Assembly: GCA_004554165.1 (NCBI GenBank) | Contig: SFNQ01000008.1 | Span: 451 to 64,450, forward strand | Source: Clostridiales bacterium | Lineage (GTDB): Bacteria > Bacillota > Clostridia > Christensenellales > CAG-138 | Reading direction: 5' to 3' | Length of the DNA stretch: 64,000 nt | Notes under the pieces: model-generated | Told to the model about the DNA's origin: nothing | Database searches by the model: none | Seen by the model: the letters and a program-made list of their open reading frames with translations, nothing else | Translations under genes and position numbers: made by a program | In this document: positions 38,423 through 46,934 of the stretch, piece after piece | How the letters are laid out: each line of letters begins with the position of its first letter | Numbering within the stretch: the first letter of the stretch is position 1

Positions 38423-38986
38423 TCAAAGGCGCAGCGCCCGGCGGAGCCGCCCGGTCAAAAACACCGCCAGCAGGAGCTTTGCCGCGTCGGGCAGCAGATA
38501 GGGCGCAACGCACATTGACAGCGCGGCGGAAAGACCGATGGCCCCGGAATTCCTGGCGTAAACCACAAGGAACCAGGCCGTGCCGAAGGCGTAGCACACC
38601 AGCAGTCCCAGCCCCATCGACAGCGCCAGCAGCAGCGCGTTTCGCCGCGCCGCGCGCTCCAGCGCCCACATCACCAGCGCGGTTGCGAGAAAGCCGATGA
38701 GATACCCGCCCGTCGTGCCCAGCAGCGCGCCCAAGCCGCCGCGAAACCCCGAAAACACCGGCAGCCCCGCTGCCCCGAGCAGAAGATATACGAGAACGGC
38801 GGCCGCGCCGCGCTTTCCGCCCAGCAGTCCGCAGCCCAGCAGCACCGCGAAGGTCTGCATGGTAAAGGGCACCGTCGCGGGAATACAGATCCAGGCGCAG
38901 ACCGCCATAAGCGCCGCGCAAAGCCCGATATACGCCATACTGCGCGCGCTTTTCCACTGTGTTTTCCGCATTTCCTGCTGCTCCAT
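38423..38986 (-). CDS. bioY: Biotin transporter S-component BioY
   Basis: 187 aa. VPFTMQTFAVLL.G.LLG and GGYLIGF are typical BioY motifs. Convergent with birA. Confidence 0.9.
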   Translation of the reverse strand: MEQQEMRKTQWKSARSMAYIGLCAALMAVCAWICIPATVPFTMQTFAVLLGCGLLGGKRGAAAVLVYLLLGAAGLPVFSGFRGGLGALLGTTGGYLIGFLATALVMWALERAARRNALLLALSMGLGLLVCYAFGTAWFLVVYARNSGAIGLSAALSMCVAPYLLPDAAKLLLAVFLTGRLRRALRL

Positions 38987-39041
38987 GCCCGGTTCCTCTC
39001 CTCTTTTCCTGCTGAGAAAGAGTATAGAACCGTCCCTTCAT

Positions 39042-39076
39042 ATTGTCAACCAAAATATTTCTTTCTGGTGACAAAT
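39042..39076. promoter_or_regulatory. BirA operator (bioO) upstream of bioY
   Basis: ATTGTCAACC-N15-GGTGACAAAT is an imperfect inverted repeat of the TGTnAACC...GGTTnACA type used by Firmicute BirA. It lies 56-90 nt upstream of the bioY ATG. Confidence 0.6.
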
Positions 39077-39203
39077 CTGCACTTCCCCCAATCCTCCTGC
39101 ACGCTCTCCGACAGACGGCGGAGACTGCGGCATGGGCTTTTCTTTTTTGCGCAAACATGATAAGATGGGTCGCAGTTCGACAATGTACTTTGGAGGCTGT
39201 GCC

Positions 39204-40082
39204 ATGTCTACCCAACGCCGCGCCATGCTGCGCATGCTGCTCTGCGCCATGCTCTGGAGCCTCGGCGGCATGCTCATCAAGCTCATTCCCTGGAATGCGT
39301 TTCTCATTGCAGCCGCGCGCAGCCTGATCGCAGGAATTCTTATCTTCGCCTATCTGCGCATTGCGCGCATTCCGCTGCGCTGGAACAGGCAAACGCTGCT
39401 TATCGCCATCGGCATGGCCGGAACCTTTTTCAGCTTTGTGGGCGCAACCAAGCTCACCACGGCGGCAAACGCAATTGTCATTCAATATACCGGCCCCCTG
39501 TTCCTGCTCGCCTTCAACATTCTGTTTCGCGGGCAGCGTCCGCGCCCTGCCGATCTGCTTGCGGCGCTGTTCTCGGTGGCAGGAATCTGCGTATTCCTTC
39601 TGGATGAGCTCGGCGGCGGTACGCTGGCCGGAAACCTGGTTGCGCTGCTGTCCGCGCTGTTCTTTACCATGGTTCTCATCACCACCGGCGACGGCGACGA
39701 AACCGACCGCATGAACGGCATCCTTCAGGGCCAGATTCTGACCGCGGTTTTGGGCCTCCCCTTCCTCTTTGCCGCCCCGCCCGTTGTAACGGGTCAGTCC
39801 CTGCTGTATCTTCTGGCGCTTGGCGTGTTCCAGCTTGGCGTCTCCTATGTGCTGTATATGCTGGCGCTTCGCGATTGCCCGCCGCTGGCCTGCTCCCTGC
39901 TGGGTATGATCGAGCCGCTGCTCAACCCGGTCTGGGTATTTCTGACCGTGGGAGAAGCGCCGGGCCTGCTCTCGCTGGCCGGCGGCCTCTTCGTCATCGC
40001 CGTGGTAACGGTTTACTGCATCTATAATGAAAAGCACCCGCCTGTACTGGCGCGTCCCTCCTCCGGCGAAGCGCCCGGCTGA
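39204..40082 (+). CDS. EamA/DMT-family transporter
   Basis: Start at MSTQRR (ATG 39204), 7 nt after GGAGG. Ten TM segments and two EamA repeats. Confidence 0.8.
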   Translation: MSTQRRAMLRMLLCAMLWSLGGMLIKLIPWNAFLIAAARSLIAGILIFAYLRIARIPLRWNRQTLLIAIGMAGTFFSFVGATKLTTAANAIVIQYTGPLFLLAFNILFRGQRPRPADLLAALFSVAGICVFLLDELGGGTLAGNLVALLSALFFTMVLITTGDGDETDRMNGILQGQILTAVLGLPFLFAAPPVVTGQSLLYLLALGVFQLGVSYVLYMLALRDCPPLACSLLGMIEPLLNPVWVFLTVGEAPGLLSLAGGLFVIAVVTVYCIYNEKHPPVLARPSSGEAPG

Positions 40083-40372
40083 CCTCCGCGGCGCAAAAGG
40101 TCAATATCCCCGCTCATGTCCCGCAAACAAGCTCCCACAGCGCGCCGACGGGAAGGGCTGCACGAAAAAGGCCGCCAGAAATACCGGCGCGAAGATCAGG
40201 CCGGGCCGCGTCCGGGCGGAAAGCGGCCTCCCGTCCTTTCTCCCGCTCCGGCAGCGGACATCCGCCGTCTTGCGGCCCTGTGCCTCGAAACAAGCCGGCC
40301 ACTGCCAGCCGGGTGCTGCGAAGGCGCATGGCAGCCCGGGGGAAGTTTGCAACTTTATCACATTTTGCCGGA

Positions 40373-40400
40373 TTGCATTTCCAGGGGAGCGCGCTATAAT
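40373..40400 (+). promoter_or_regulatory. SigA-type promoter of htpG
   Basis: TTGCAT-16 nt-TATAAT, immediately followed by CIRCE. Confidence 0.6.
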
Positions 40401-40404
40401 ATTG

Positions 40405-40431
40405 TTAGCACTCCTGTTTGTTGAGTGCTAA
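40405..40431. promoter_or_regulatory. CIRCE element (HrcA operator)
   Basis: TTAGCACTC-N9-GAGTGCTAA is an exact match to the CIRCE consensus. The palindrome extends to ATTGTTAGCACTC...GAGTGCTAACAAT. Confidence 0.9.
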
Positions 40432-40460
40432 CAATACTGTGATTGAGGGTGTGAGACGAT

Positions 40461-42344
40461 ATGGCACTGCAAAAATTCAAGGCGGAATCCAAGCGCCTGC
40501 TGGATCTGATGATCAATTCGATCTATACGCACAAGGAAATTTTCCTGCGGGAGCTCATCAGCAACGCCAGCGACGCGATCGACAAGCTCTACTACCGCTC
40601 CCTGACCGATGGCAAGACCGGCATGAGCAAGGACGATTTTTCCATTGAAATCAAGCCGGATAAGGCCGCGCGCACACTGACCATCTCCGACAACGGCTGC
40701 GGCATGTCGCGGGAGGAACTGGTACAGAATCTTGGCACCATTGCGGACAGCGGCACCTTCCGCTTCAAGTCGGAGCACACGCTCAACGAGAGCGAAACGG
40801 AGATCATCGGCCAGTTCGGCGTTGGCTTCTATTCCGCCTTCATGGTGGCAAAGCGGGTCACCGTCATCAGCCGCGCGTTTGGCGCGGAAGAGGCCTTCCG
40901 CTGGACCAGCGAGGGCGCGGAGGGCTTCTCCGTCTCCCCCGCCAGCCGGGACGGTCACGGCACGGACGTCATTCTTACGCTCAAGGACGACGCAGAGGAT
41001 GAACGCTACAGCGATTATCTGGAGCAGTACCGCCTGTCGCAGCTCATCAAAAAATACTCCTCCTACATCCGCTACCCCATCCGCATGGAGATGGAGCGCT
41101 CGCGCAAAAAAGAGGGCTCCGACGAGTATGAAACCTACACCGAGACGGAGACCATCAATTCCATGGTGCCGCTCTGGAAGCGCCAGAAAAGCGAGCTGAC
41201 ACAGGAGGAGTACGACAGCTTTTATACCGACAAGTTCAGCGACTATGAAAAGCCCCTGCGCACCATCCACACCAGCGCCGAGGGCACGGTCAGCTACAAC
41301 GCGCTGCTGTTCTTCCCCGCCCACGCCCCCTATGATTACTACAGCAAGGCCTATGAAAAGGGCCTGCAGCTCTATGCCAACGGCGTGCTCATCATGGACA
41401 AGTGCAAGGATCTGCTGCCGGACTATTTCAGCTTTGTCCGCGGGCTGGTGGATTCGCCCGACCTGTCGCTCAATATCTCCCGCGAAATGCTCCAGCACGA
41501 CAGGCAGCTCCGCGTGATTGCCAGCAACATTGAAAAGAAGATCAAAAACGAGCTGCTTGCCATGCTGAAAAACGACCGCGAGGCGTATGAAACCCTCTTT
41601 GACGCCTTCGGTTTGCAGCTCAAATACGGAACCTATATGGACTTTGGCGCCCACAGCGAGCTGCTGCGCGACCTGCTCCTGTTCCACTCCATGCAGCAGG
41701 ACAAGCGGGTGACGCTTCAGGAATATGTGGACGCCATGCCCGGGGAACAGAAGGAGATCTACTATGCCGCAGGCGAGAGCCTTGCCCGCATCCGGGCGCT
41801 GCCGCAGCTTGAACGGCTCCGGGAAAAGGGCTACGACGTGCTCTTCCTGACCGACGATGTGGACGAGTTCGCACTGTCCGTCCTGCAGTCCTATGGGGAA
41901 AAGCCCTTCAAATCCGTCACCAGCGGTGCGCTGGATCTGGAAACCGAGGAGGAAAAAAAGGCCGCCGAGGCCCGCGCGGCGGAGCACAAAGCGCTGCTGG
42001 ACGCACTGAAGGAGGCGCTTTCCGGCCGCGTCAAGGACGTTCGGCTGAGCAGCCGGCTGAAGAATCATGCCGTCTGCCTCTCCTCCGACGGCCCGCTGTC
42101 CATCGAGATGGAGAAGGTGCTCAACGCCATGCCCACGGAGAACAAGGTCCGGGCGGACCGCGTACTGGAGCTGAACGCCGACCATCCGCTGTTCCAGAAG
42201 CTGACCGCGCTGGAACAGGCAGGCGACAGCGAGGCGCTGGCCACCTATGCGGACATTCTCTTTACGCAGGCGCAGCTCATCGAGGGGATTCTTCCGGAGG
42301 ACCCTGCGGACTATATGGAAAAGGTTCTGCGCTATCTGTCCTGA
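40461..42344 (+). CDS. htpG: Molecular chaperone HtpG (Hsp90)
   Basis: 627 aa. N-terminus FKAESKRLLDLMINSIYTHKEIFLRELISNASDAIDKL and GQFGVGFYSAF are hallmark Hsp90 sequences. Confidence 0.95.
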   Translation: MALQKFKAESKRLLDLMINSIYTHKEIFLRELISNASDAIDKLYYRSLTDGKTGMSKDDFSIEIKPDKAARTLTISDNGCGMSREELVQNLGTIADSGTFRFKSEHTLNESETEIIGQFGVGFYSAFMVAKRVTVISRAFGAEEAFRWTSEGAEGFSVSPASRDGHGTDVILTLKDDAEDERYSDYLEQYRLSQLIKKYSSYIRYPIRMEMERSRKKEGSDEYETYTETETINSMVPLWKRQKSELTQEEYDSFYTDKFSDYEKPLRTIHTSAEGTVSYNALLFFPAHAPYDYYSKAYEKGLQLYANGVLIMDKCKDLLPDYFSFVRGLVDSPDLSLNISREMLQHDRQLRVIASNIEKKIKNELLAMLKNDREAYETLFDAFGLQLKYGTYMDFGAHSELLRDLLLFHSMQQDKRVTLQEYVDAMPGEQKEIYYAAGESLARIRALPQLERLREKGYDVLFLTDDVDEFALSVLQSYGEKPFKSVTSGALDLETEEEKKAAEARAAEHKALLDALKEALSGRVKDVRLSSRLKNHAVCLSSDGPLSIEMEKVLNAMPTENKVRADRVLELNADHPLFQKLTALEQAGDSEALATYADILFTQAQLIEGILPEDPADYMEKVLRYLS

Positions 42345-42376
42345 GGCAGCCGCTATGGACCACGAAGGAGCGCAGC

Positions 42377-42410
42377 GCGGGCCCGGCCGGTTGGCCGGGC
42401 CCGCGTTTTT
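42377..42410 (+). terminator. Rho-independent terminator of htpG
   Basis: 12-bp GC stem GCGGGCCCGGCC-GGTT-GGCCGGGCCCGC followed by GTTTTT. Confidence 0.8.
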
Positions 42411-42789
42411 CCTGCCCGTGGCTTGCCGGCGGCGGGCCTTGCAAAAATTCCCGGCAATCCTCCAGTCGCAGCTGCGCCTGAACGTGCCCGCTCTGCCCCG
42501 GGGCTCTGTCCCGGTTCCGCCGCTCTTGCGGGGACGCCGGAGCCGCTTTTATGCTTTTCCCCGCTTTGCACCGCCGGCCGTCGAAGCGTACCCCCCCCGC
42601 AGGAGGCCAAACGCCCGGGGCTTCGCCCGTTCCAGCAGGCCGGCCCGCAGGTCCAGTTTCGCCTGGGCCGCCCCTCCTTTTTCGGCAGGCAGCGCCGGGC
42701 CCACCGGGCCGGCGGGAGCGGAGAAGCCGTCCCGCTTTGGGCAGCCCGATGCACGCAGCCGCCGCAGCGGAAGGAGAAAAGCGCCGCCG

Positions 42790-43263
42790 TCAATCCTCCG
42801 GCCTTTTCCTGGACGCCGCTTCCAGCCGCGCGTTGATCTGGCGCAGCCGCCGCTTCACAATTCCATACTGGATCAGCCAGATCATCAGATAAATTCCGAA
42901 AAAAATCGCAAAATACAGCAATACGCCGCGGAGGCTGTGCTCCATCCAGTGCAGCAGATAGGCAATCGGCAGGGTTGCCGCGGAACATACCGCAAGATGC
43001 GTCGCCGTCTGCCGCAGCAGGCTCCAGTCCTCCCTCTGCCAGATGTTGCTTGCGCCGCCCCAGGCCGCGCCGTACAGCAGGGCGCACACCGTTTGCAGCA
43101 GCACGGCCAGCGTCTCGCTGCCGCATGCCCCGGCAAGCGACGGCACCACGGCATAATAGCGCCCGTCGCCCACAAACAGCGAAATGACAATCGTAATCCA
43201 AACGGCGATGAACAGCCCGATCAGAGCGCCCACCAGACAGGCCCGCAATACCTTGTGCTTCAT
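42790..43263 (-). CDS. DUF3021-type integral membrane protein (partner of the LytTR regulator)
   Basis: 157 aa with four TM helices. Lies immediately downstream (13-nt gap) of the LytTR gene. Family assignment is from memory of the typical LytTR-DUF3021 pairing. Confidence 0.7.
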   Translation of the reverse strand: MKHKVLRACLVGALIGLFIAVWITIVISLFVGDGRYYAVVPSLAGACGSETLAVLLQTVCALLYGAAWGGASNIWQREDWSLLRQTATHLAVCSAATLPIAYLLHWMEHSLRGVLLYFAIFFGIYLMIWLIQYGIVKRRLRQINARLEAASRKRPED

Positions 43264-43276
43264 CCGTCTCTCCTCC

Positions 43277-43717
43277 TCAAATTCCCAGCGTCTGCCGGAT
43301 CTTTTTTACATACCGCCGCGACACATAGGTTTCCGCACCGTTCAGAAACCGGACGCAGATCGTCCCCGTATAGCTGAGGTCAAAGCATTTCACATGCCTG
43401 AGATTGATGATTTCCGCGTTGGAAATGCGGACAAAGCTGGCCCGGTCAAGCCGCTCCTCCAGCTCATACAGCCGCAGGCGCAGCCGGTGCTCCCCCTCGT
43501 CCGTCACCGCATAGACCTTGCCCTCTCTGGCATAGGCGCGGCAGATGGCGGACTGCTCCAAAATCCGCACATCTCCGTCCCGAAAGCCGGCCAGCAGCTG
43601 CGGCGCGCTGTCGGAAAGCCTGCGGACCAGTTCCTGTATTTCGTCCGTCATCCGGTCCGTATGGATGACGACCTTTGGCTCCTTACAGCCGCTGTCGATC
43701 CTGACCTCAATCTGCAC
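43277..43717 (-). CDS. Stand-alone LytTR-domain DNA-binding protein (no receiver domain)
   Basis: 146 aa with a GTG start after GGGAGGTGAGG. The C-terminal FVRISNAEIINLRHV...YVSRRY pattern is typical of LytTR domains. Confidence 0.8.
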   Translation of the reverse strand: MQIEVRIDSGCKEPKVVIHTDRMTDEIQELVRRLSDSAPQLLAGFRDGDVRILEQSAICRAYAREGKVYAVTDEGEHRLRLRLYELEERLDRASFVRISNAEIINLRHVKCFDLSYTGTICVRFLNGAETYVSRRYVKKIRQTLGI

Positions 43718-43721
43718 GACC

Positions 43722-43985
43722 TCACCTCCCTGTGTCTGCGTTCAGTATAAACGGTTTCGGCAGTTCCTTCCACCGAATTGCGATGATTGGCAGGCATTGC
43801 GCTATAAAAGGCAAAGGGGCCGCACAAACGGCCCATTCTGTCAGTTTGAACTGCGCTTTCAGCGCGTCAACTCGCACCGTCAGCCGCCGGTTTTCTTTCC
43901 GCGCCTTTAAAAGGTCCGCCTCCGTCGCCGCCAACTTTTCCTCCGGGCTCAGCATGTCGTCCATGAGCGTGCTGCCCGGTTTCAT
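43722..43985 (-). pseudogene. Possible transposase (IS3 OrfA-like leucine-zipper) remnant
   Basis: LSPEEKLAATEADLLKARKENRRLTVRVDALKAQF resembles the KENxxL...LKxA C-terminal zipper of IS3-family OrfA proteins. The rest of the ORF is not protein-like and runs into the LytTR upstream region. Confidence 0.3.
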
Positions 43986-44272
43986 GGAAGATTTCTTCTC
44001 CTCCCCTCCGTTTACCAGATCGTCGTAAATTTTTTCCTGAGAGTTTTGCTCCTGAGGGTTGTTTTTGAATTTGATCTCGATATACTCTGATTAGGATCAC
44101 CGGCGCGATTATTCGTATCTACCGGGGCATGCAAAGTCCCCGGGGTGATCTTTTTTGCATCGAAAGCACGATCACTGTCAGGCACTTTTCTCGTTGCAAA
44201 GCTGTATACGTAATTTCCAGATGCCGTCAAGAGTTATGCGCAAATTTGTTTGCAGACTCTGGCTGAATGAGG

Positions 44273-44473
44273 TTAGCCAACAATAGAGACGTCTTCCAGA
44301 GCCGCCTCCGAGTGCTTCATATTCATGTACTTCTTGTTGCCCCACTGGGTGCCGGCCACATGGCGCAGACGGACGAGGGATTTGACAACGCCGTAAACCG
44401 GCAGCTCCGAGGGATGCTGCTCCGAAACGGTGAGAATGTGGGCGGCGCGCTGTCGGAGCAGCAGACGGAACAC
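44273..44473 (-). pseudogene. C-terminal fragment of an IS256/Mutator-family transposase
   Basis: VRLRHVAGTQWGNKKYMNMKHSEAALED matches the conserved C-terminal RL[RK][HY]VA..WG.[RK][RK]Y[LM][ND]M tail of IS256-family transposases as I remember it. Only about 66 codons remain, and there is no DDE core upstream. Confidence 0.5.
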
Positions 44474-44509
44474 ATCCCCGCTATCTGCTTCAGAGCAAGA
44501 AAGCGGCGC

Positions 44510-44950
44510 TCACTCGGCGTTCAGCTCTGCCTTGAGAATCCCGGCGGCACAGCCCACCAGCTCTACGCAGGGGCGCTTTTTATAATACTTTTCATCCCGT
44601 GTGGCGGGCGCGCCGCCCTCCTCCGGCCTGCCAAGCAGCTCCCGGCAGACAATGGACCCGTTTTCTTCGCGGAACTGCGCGCCCAGCGCCTGCATCCGCG
44701 CATAGAGCGCGGCCTTTGCCCCACGGTCCTTCGGATCGGCGCTGCCGTCATGCAGTCCCAAAACAATCCCCATGCCCAGCACTGCGCCGCAAACCTCCCG
44801 CATCCGTCCTACGCCGCCGCCAAGCGCTGCGGAAAGGCGCATGGCCTCATCAAAATCCATCCCCAGCGCTTCGGCATAAGCGCCCACAACCGCCTGGCAG
44901 CAATTATAGCCCGACTGGAAAAGTTCCCTGGCCCGTTCTATCTGATCCAT
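44510..44950 (-). CDS. C_GCAxxG_C_C family protein (putative redox-active)
   Basis: 146 aa. SGYNCCQAV near the N-terminus, then CGAVLG, then C-terminal RPCVELVGCAAG, the diagnostic Cys pattern. Confidence 0.85.
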   Translation of the reverse strand: MDQIERARELFQSGYNCCQAVVGAYAEALGMDFDEAMRLSAALGGGVGRMREVCGAVLGMGIVLGLHDGSADPKDRGAKAALYARMQALGAQFREENGSIVCRELLGRPEEGGAPATRDEKYYKKRPCVELVGCAAGILKAELNAE

Positions 44951-44995
44951 CCTCTTCTCCTTCGCAAAATCTGTTTGAAAATCAGTATATCACGC

Positions 44996-45024
44996 TTGAC
45001 AAGAAACTTCCACTCCACTATAAT
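44996..45024 (+). promoter_or_regulatory. Consensus SigA promoter for tRNA-Met
   Basis: TTGACA-17 nt-TATAAT, both hexamers perfect, 26 nt upstream of the tRNA 5' end. Confidence 0.85.
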
Positions 45025-45050
45025 ATGGGAGTGCGCAAAAAACGCCATAT

Positions 45051-45127
45051 GGCGGCGTAGCTCAGTTGGCTAGAGCATTCGGTTCATACCCGGAGTGTCA
45101 TGTGTTCGAGTCACATCGCCGCTACCA
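45051..45127 (+). tRNA. tRNA-Met (CAT), elongator type
   Basis: Cloverleaf folded by hand: acceptor GGCGGCG/CGCCGCU, D arm GCUC...GAGC, anticodon loop UUCAUAC, T arm AUGUG-UUCGAGU-CACAU, encoded CCA. Closely resembles B. subtilis elongator tRNA-Met as I remember it. Confidence 0.9.
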
Positions 45128-45131
45128 CCCC

Positions 45132-45164
45132 GGAGCAAGGTTCGCCTTGCTCCGTCTTTCTTTG
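45132..45164 (+). terminator. Rho-independent terminator after tRNA-Met
   Basis: GGAGCAAGG-TTCG-CCTTGCTCC followed by GTCTTTCTTTG. Confidence 0.8.
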
Positions 45165-45741
45165 CTGCGCAACCGCAACAGGGGATCCGGTGGCAGAAGC
45201 CGTGGCATCGCCTGACGCTTTCGCGCAAGCTCCGCATCCTTTCGCCGATGATTTTCAAGGCTGCGTCGCCTCCTGTTCGCTTCAATTCTATCCAATGAAA
45301 GCGAATTACGGCTTCACATGTTACCGTTGTTTTCAGACGCGCTGTTAACGAAGAAAAGCAGCGCGTAAGCTCCGCTGGAGCGCAGCCGGTTTTGCAAAAA
45401 CCCTTCGGGGTTTCGGAGGTCTCCCTGATAAGCCTTTGCGCAAGCGTATCGACACTTGCGCGTTTTGCCACCAGCTTCCCCGTTCAGCTGTACAGTCTTT
45501 TTGGGACATGGTTGACAGACTCCTTTCAGAATGGTGTGTGCTAACTTCATTCTACCGGAGTTCTGCAAACCGTGTCTCTTTTGTCCCTATTCAATTTGCG
45601 CAACTCATTAGATTGTACATTATCCGTTGACCGGCGATATTCTGCATGAAAGCCGCCCTTTTCCAACGCAATATCAAGCGGTTAATTTGGGTGTGAAAGC
45701 CGCTGTTTTCCCTATCGGCCCGCTACATATATATATCAGGT

Positions 45742-46776
45742 TCATGGACGGGGAGTTCCGCAGGCTTCACAGAACCTCCCCTGATTTTCTGCGCCGCATG
45801 CGCAGCGCCAGCCGTCAGGCTGTGCCGGTGTACCAGGCTTCCCCCGGATCGCTGTTATCAGCGTGGCGGTGAGTGATCCGCCGGAGGGATTCCCTGCCGC
45901 TGTCTGCATCGCACCGGCCGTCGCTCCTGTAAGGTGGCCCGCCGCCATGGCGGGATTGCGGAAGACCGTATCCCGCTGCAGGGTTTTGAACGTATCAGAA
46001 TCCAGCACCCGCATGGATCCGATGGCCATGGAGAAAACCTCAATGCCCCGCGCAGTACGCCACTTTTCATTCAGAACGGAGCAAAGCATTTCACAGAGTT
46101 GTTCGGTATAGGCCGTCATGGCGCTCGGACGAACGCCGGCTTCGCAGAGCCGCGCCAGCGCGGACAACATGGCGGTCAGCAGCTCGGAATTCATCTGCAC
46201 GATCAGGCTGCTGCGAAGCTTTCCCGCTTCCATGCGGGTAACAGCCACGAAGAACGCCTCCGGGTCTGCAATGCGAAAACTGTAGCTTCCGGAACAGCTG
46301 ATGCCGCCATCCATATCCAAGTCTGCATTGGGATGCCGAAAGCGGAACGGGACGGCCTCAACGCTAAAAGAATTGCCGGAGATTTCCTTTGTGTTGATGT
46401 AATACAGCCGGTGGCGATAGGGTGCGTCGCCGCCAAAGGCAATGCGCCGCCCCACGTCCCTGATAAACGCTTTCATGCCGCCGGTAAACATCCCCCGGCT
46501 CTGTTCACTGCAAAAAATCTGTTCGCCGGGTTCAGGATAGACGCCCACCACCTTGCCGTTCTCCGTGACGATAGCGCACTGGCCAGCGGCGACCACAATT
46601 ATGGAGCCGTCGGTGATGATATCCGCGTCACCCTGATTGCTGCTGCGCTGACTCACCAGCTTGCGGGCGCGCTGCATCAGGACTTCGCTGTCCATTTCGT
46701 CACAGATAAAGGCTTCCTTCCATAGGTCAGCGGCCGCTCCGCCGATCGCACCAGTCATTGCTTTCAGAATTCCCAA
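45742..46776 (-). CDS. SPFH-domain protein with C-terminal zinc ribbon (COG4260, 'virion core protein-like', YdjI-related)
   Basis: The N-terminus from TTG 46776 reads (M)GILKAMTGAIGGAAADLWKEAFICDEMD, matching the usual MGxIKA...QWKE start of this family. The track start at 46833 is also TTG. The C-terminus GWRCACGAENQGRFCEACG is a CxC...CxxC zinc ribbon. Confidence 0.8.
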   Translation of the reverse strand: MGILKAMTGAIGGAAADLWKEAFICDEMDSEVLMQRARKLVSQRSSNQGDADIITDGSIIVVAAGQCAIVTENGKVVGVYPEPGEQIFCSEQSRGMFTGGMKAFIRDVGRRIAFGGDAPYRHRLYYINTKEISGNSFSVEAVPFRFRHPNADLDMDGGISCSGSYSFRIADPEAFFVAVTRMEAGKLRSSLIVQMNSELLTAMLSALARLCEAGVRPSAMTAYTEQLCEMLCSVLNEKWRTARGIEVFSMAIGSMRVLDSDTFKTLQRDTVFRNPAMAAGHLTGATAGAMQTAAGNPSGGSLTATLITAIRGKPGTPAQPDGWRCACGAENQGRFCEACGTPRP

Positions 46777-46934
46777 GGAGGACACATCCTTTGCTTTTTG
46801 ATGATTATTATACCACGCTGTGGTGTATAACAATAGCTCGCTCCTGTACTGTCAAAAGCCCTTTCTTTCAGAAAGTATCGTTTTTCGGATGACACCAGAA
46901 AGCGCAAAAGCCGGTTCCCGCCCGTTTTCCGGGA

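Noticed and set aside
40428-42185. 585-aa ORF antisense to htpG
   Set aside because: It is a shadow ORF opposite a textbook Hsp90 sequence.
45070-45471. 133-aa minus-strand ORF overlapping tRNA-Met
   Set aside because: It runs straight through the tRNA gene and its terminator. Only its internal TTG-initiated 14 codons (KIIGERMRSLRES) look like a real XRE-type N-terminus, and I treat those as a remnant.
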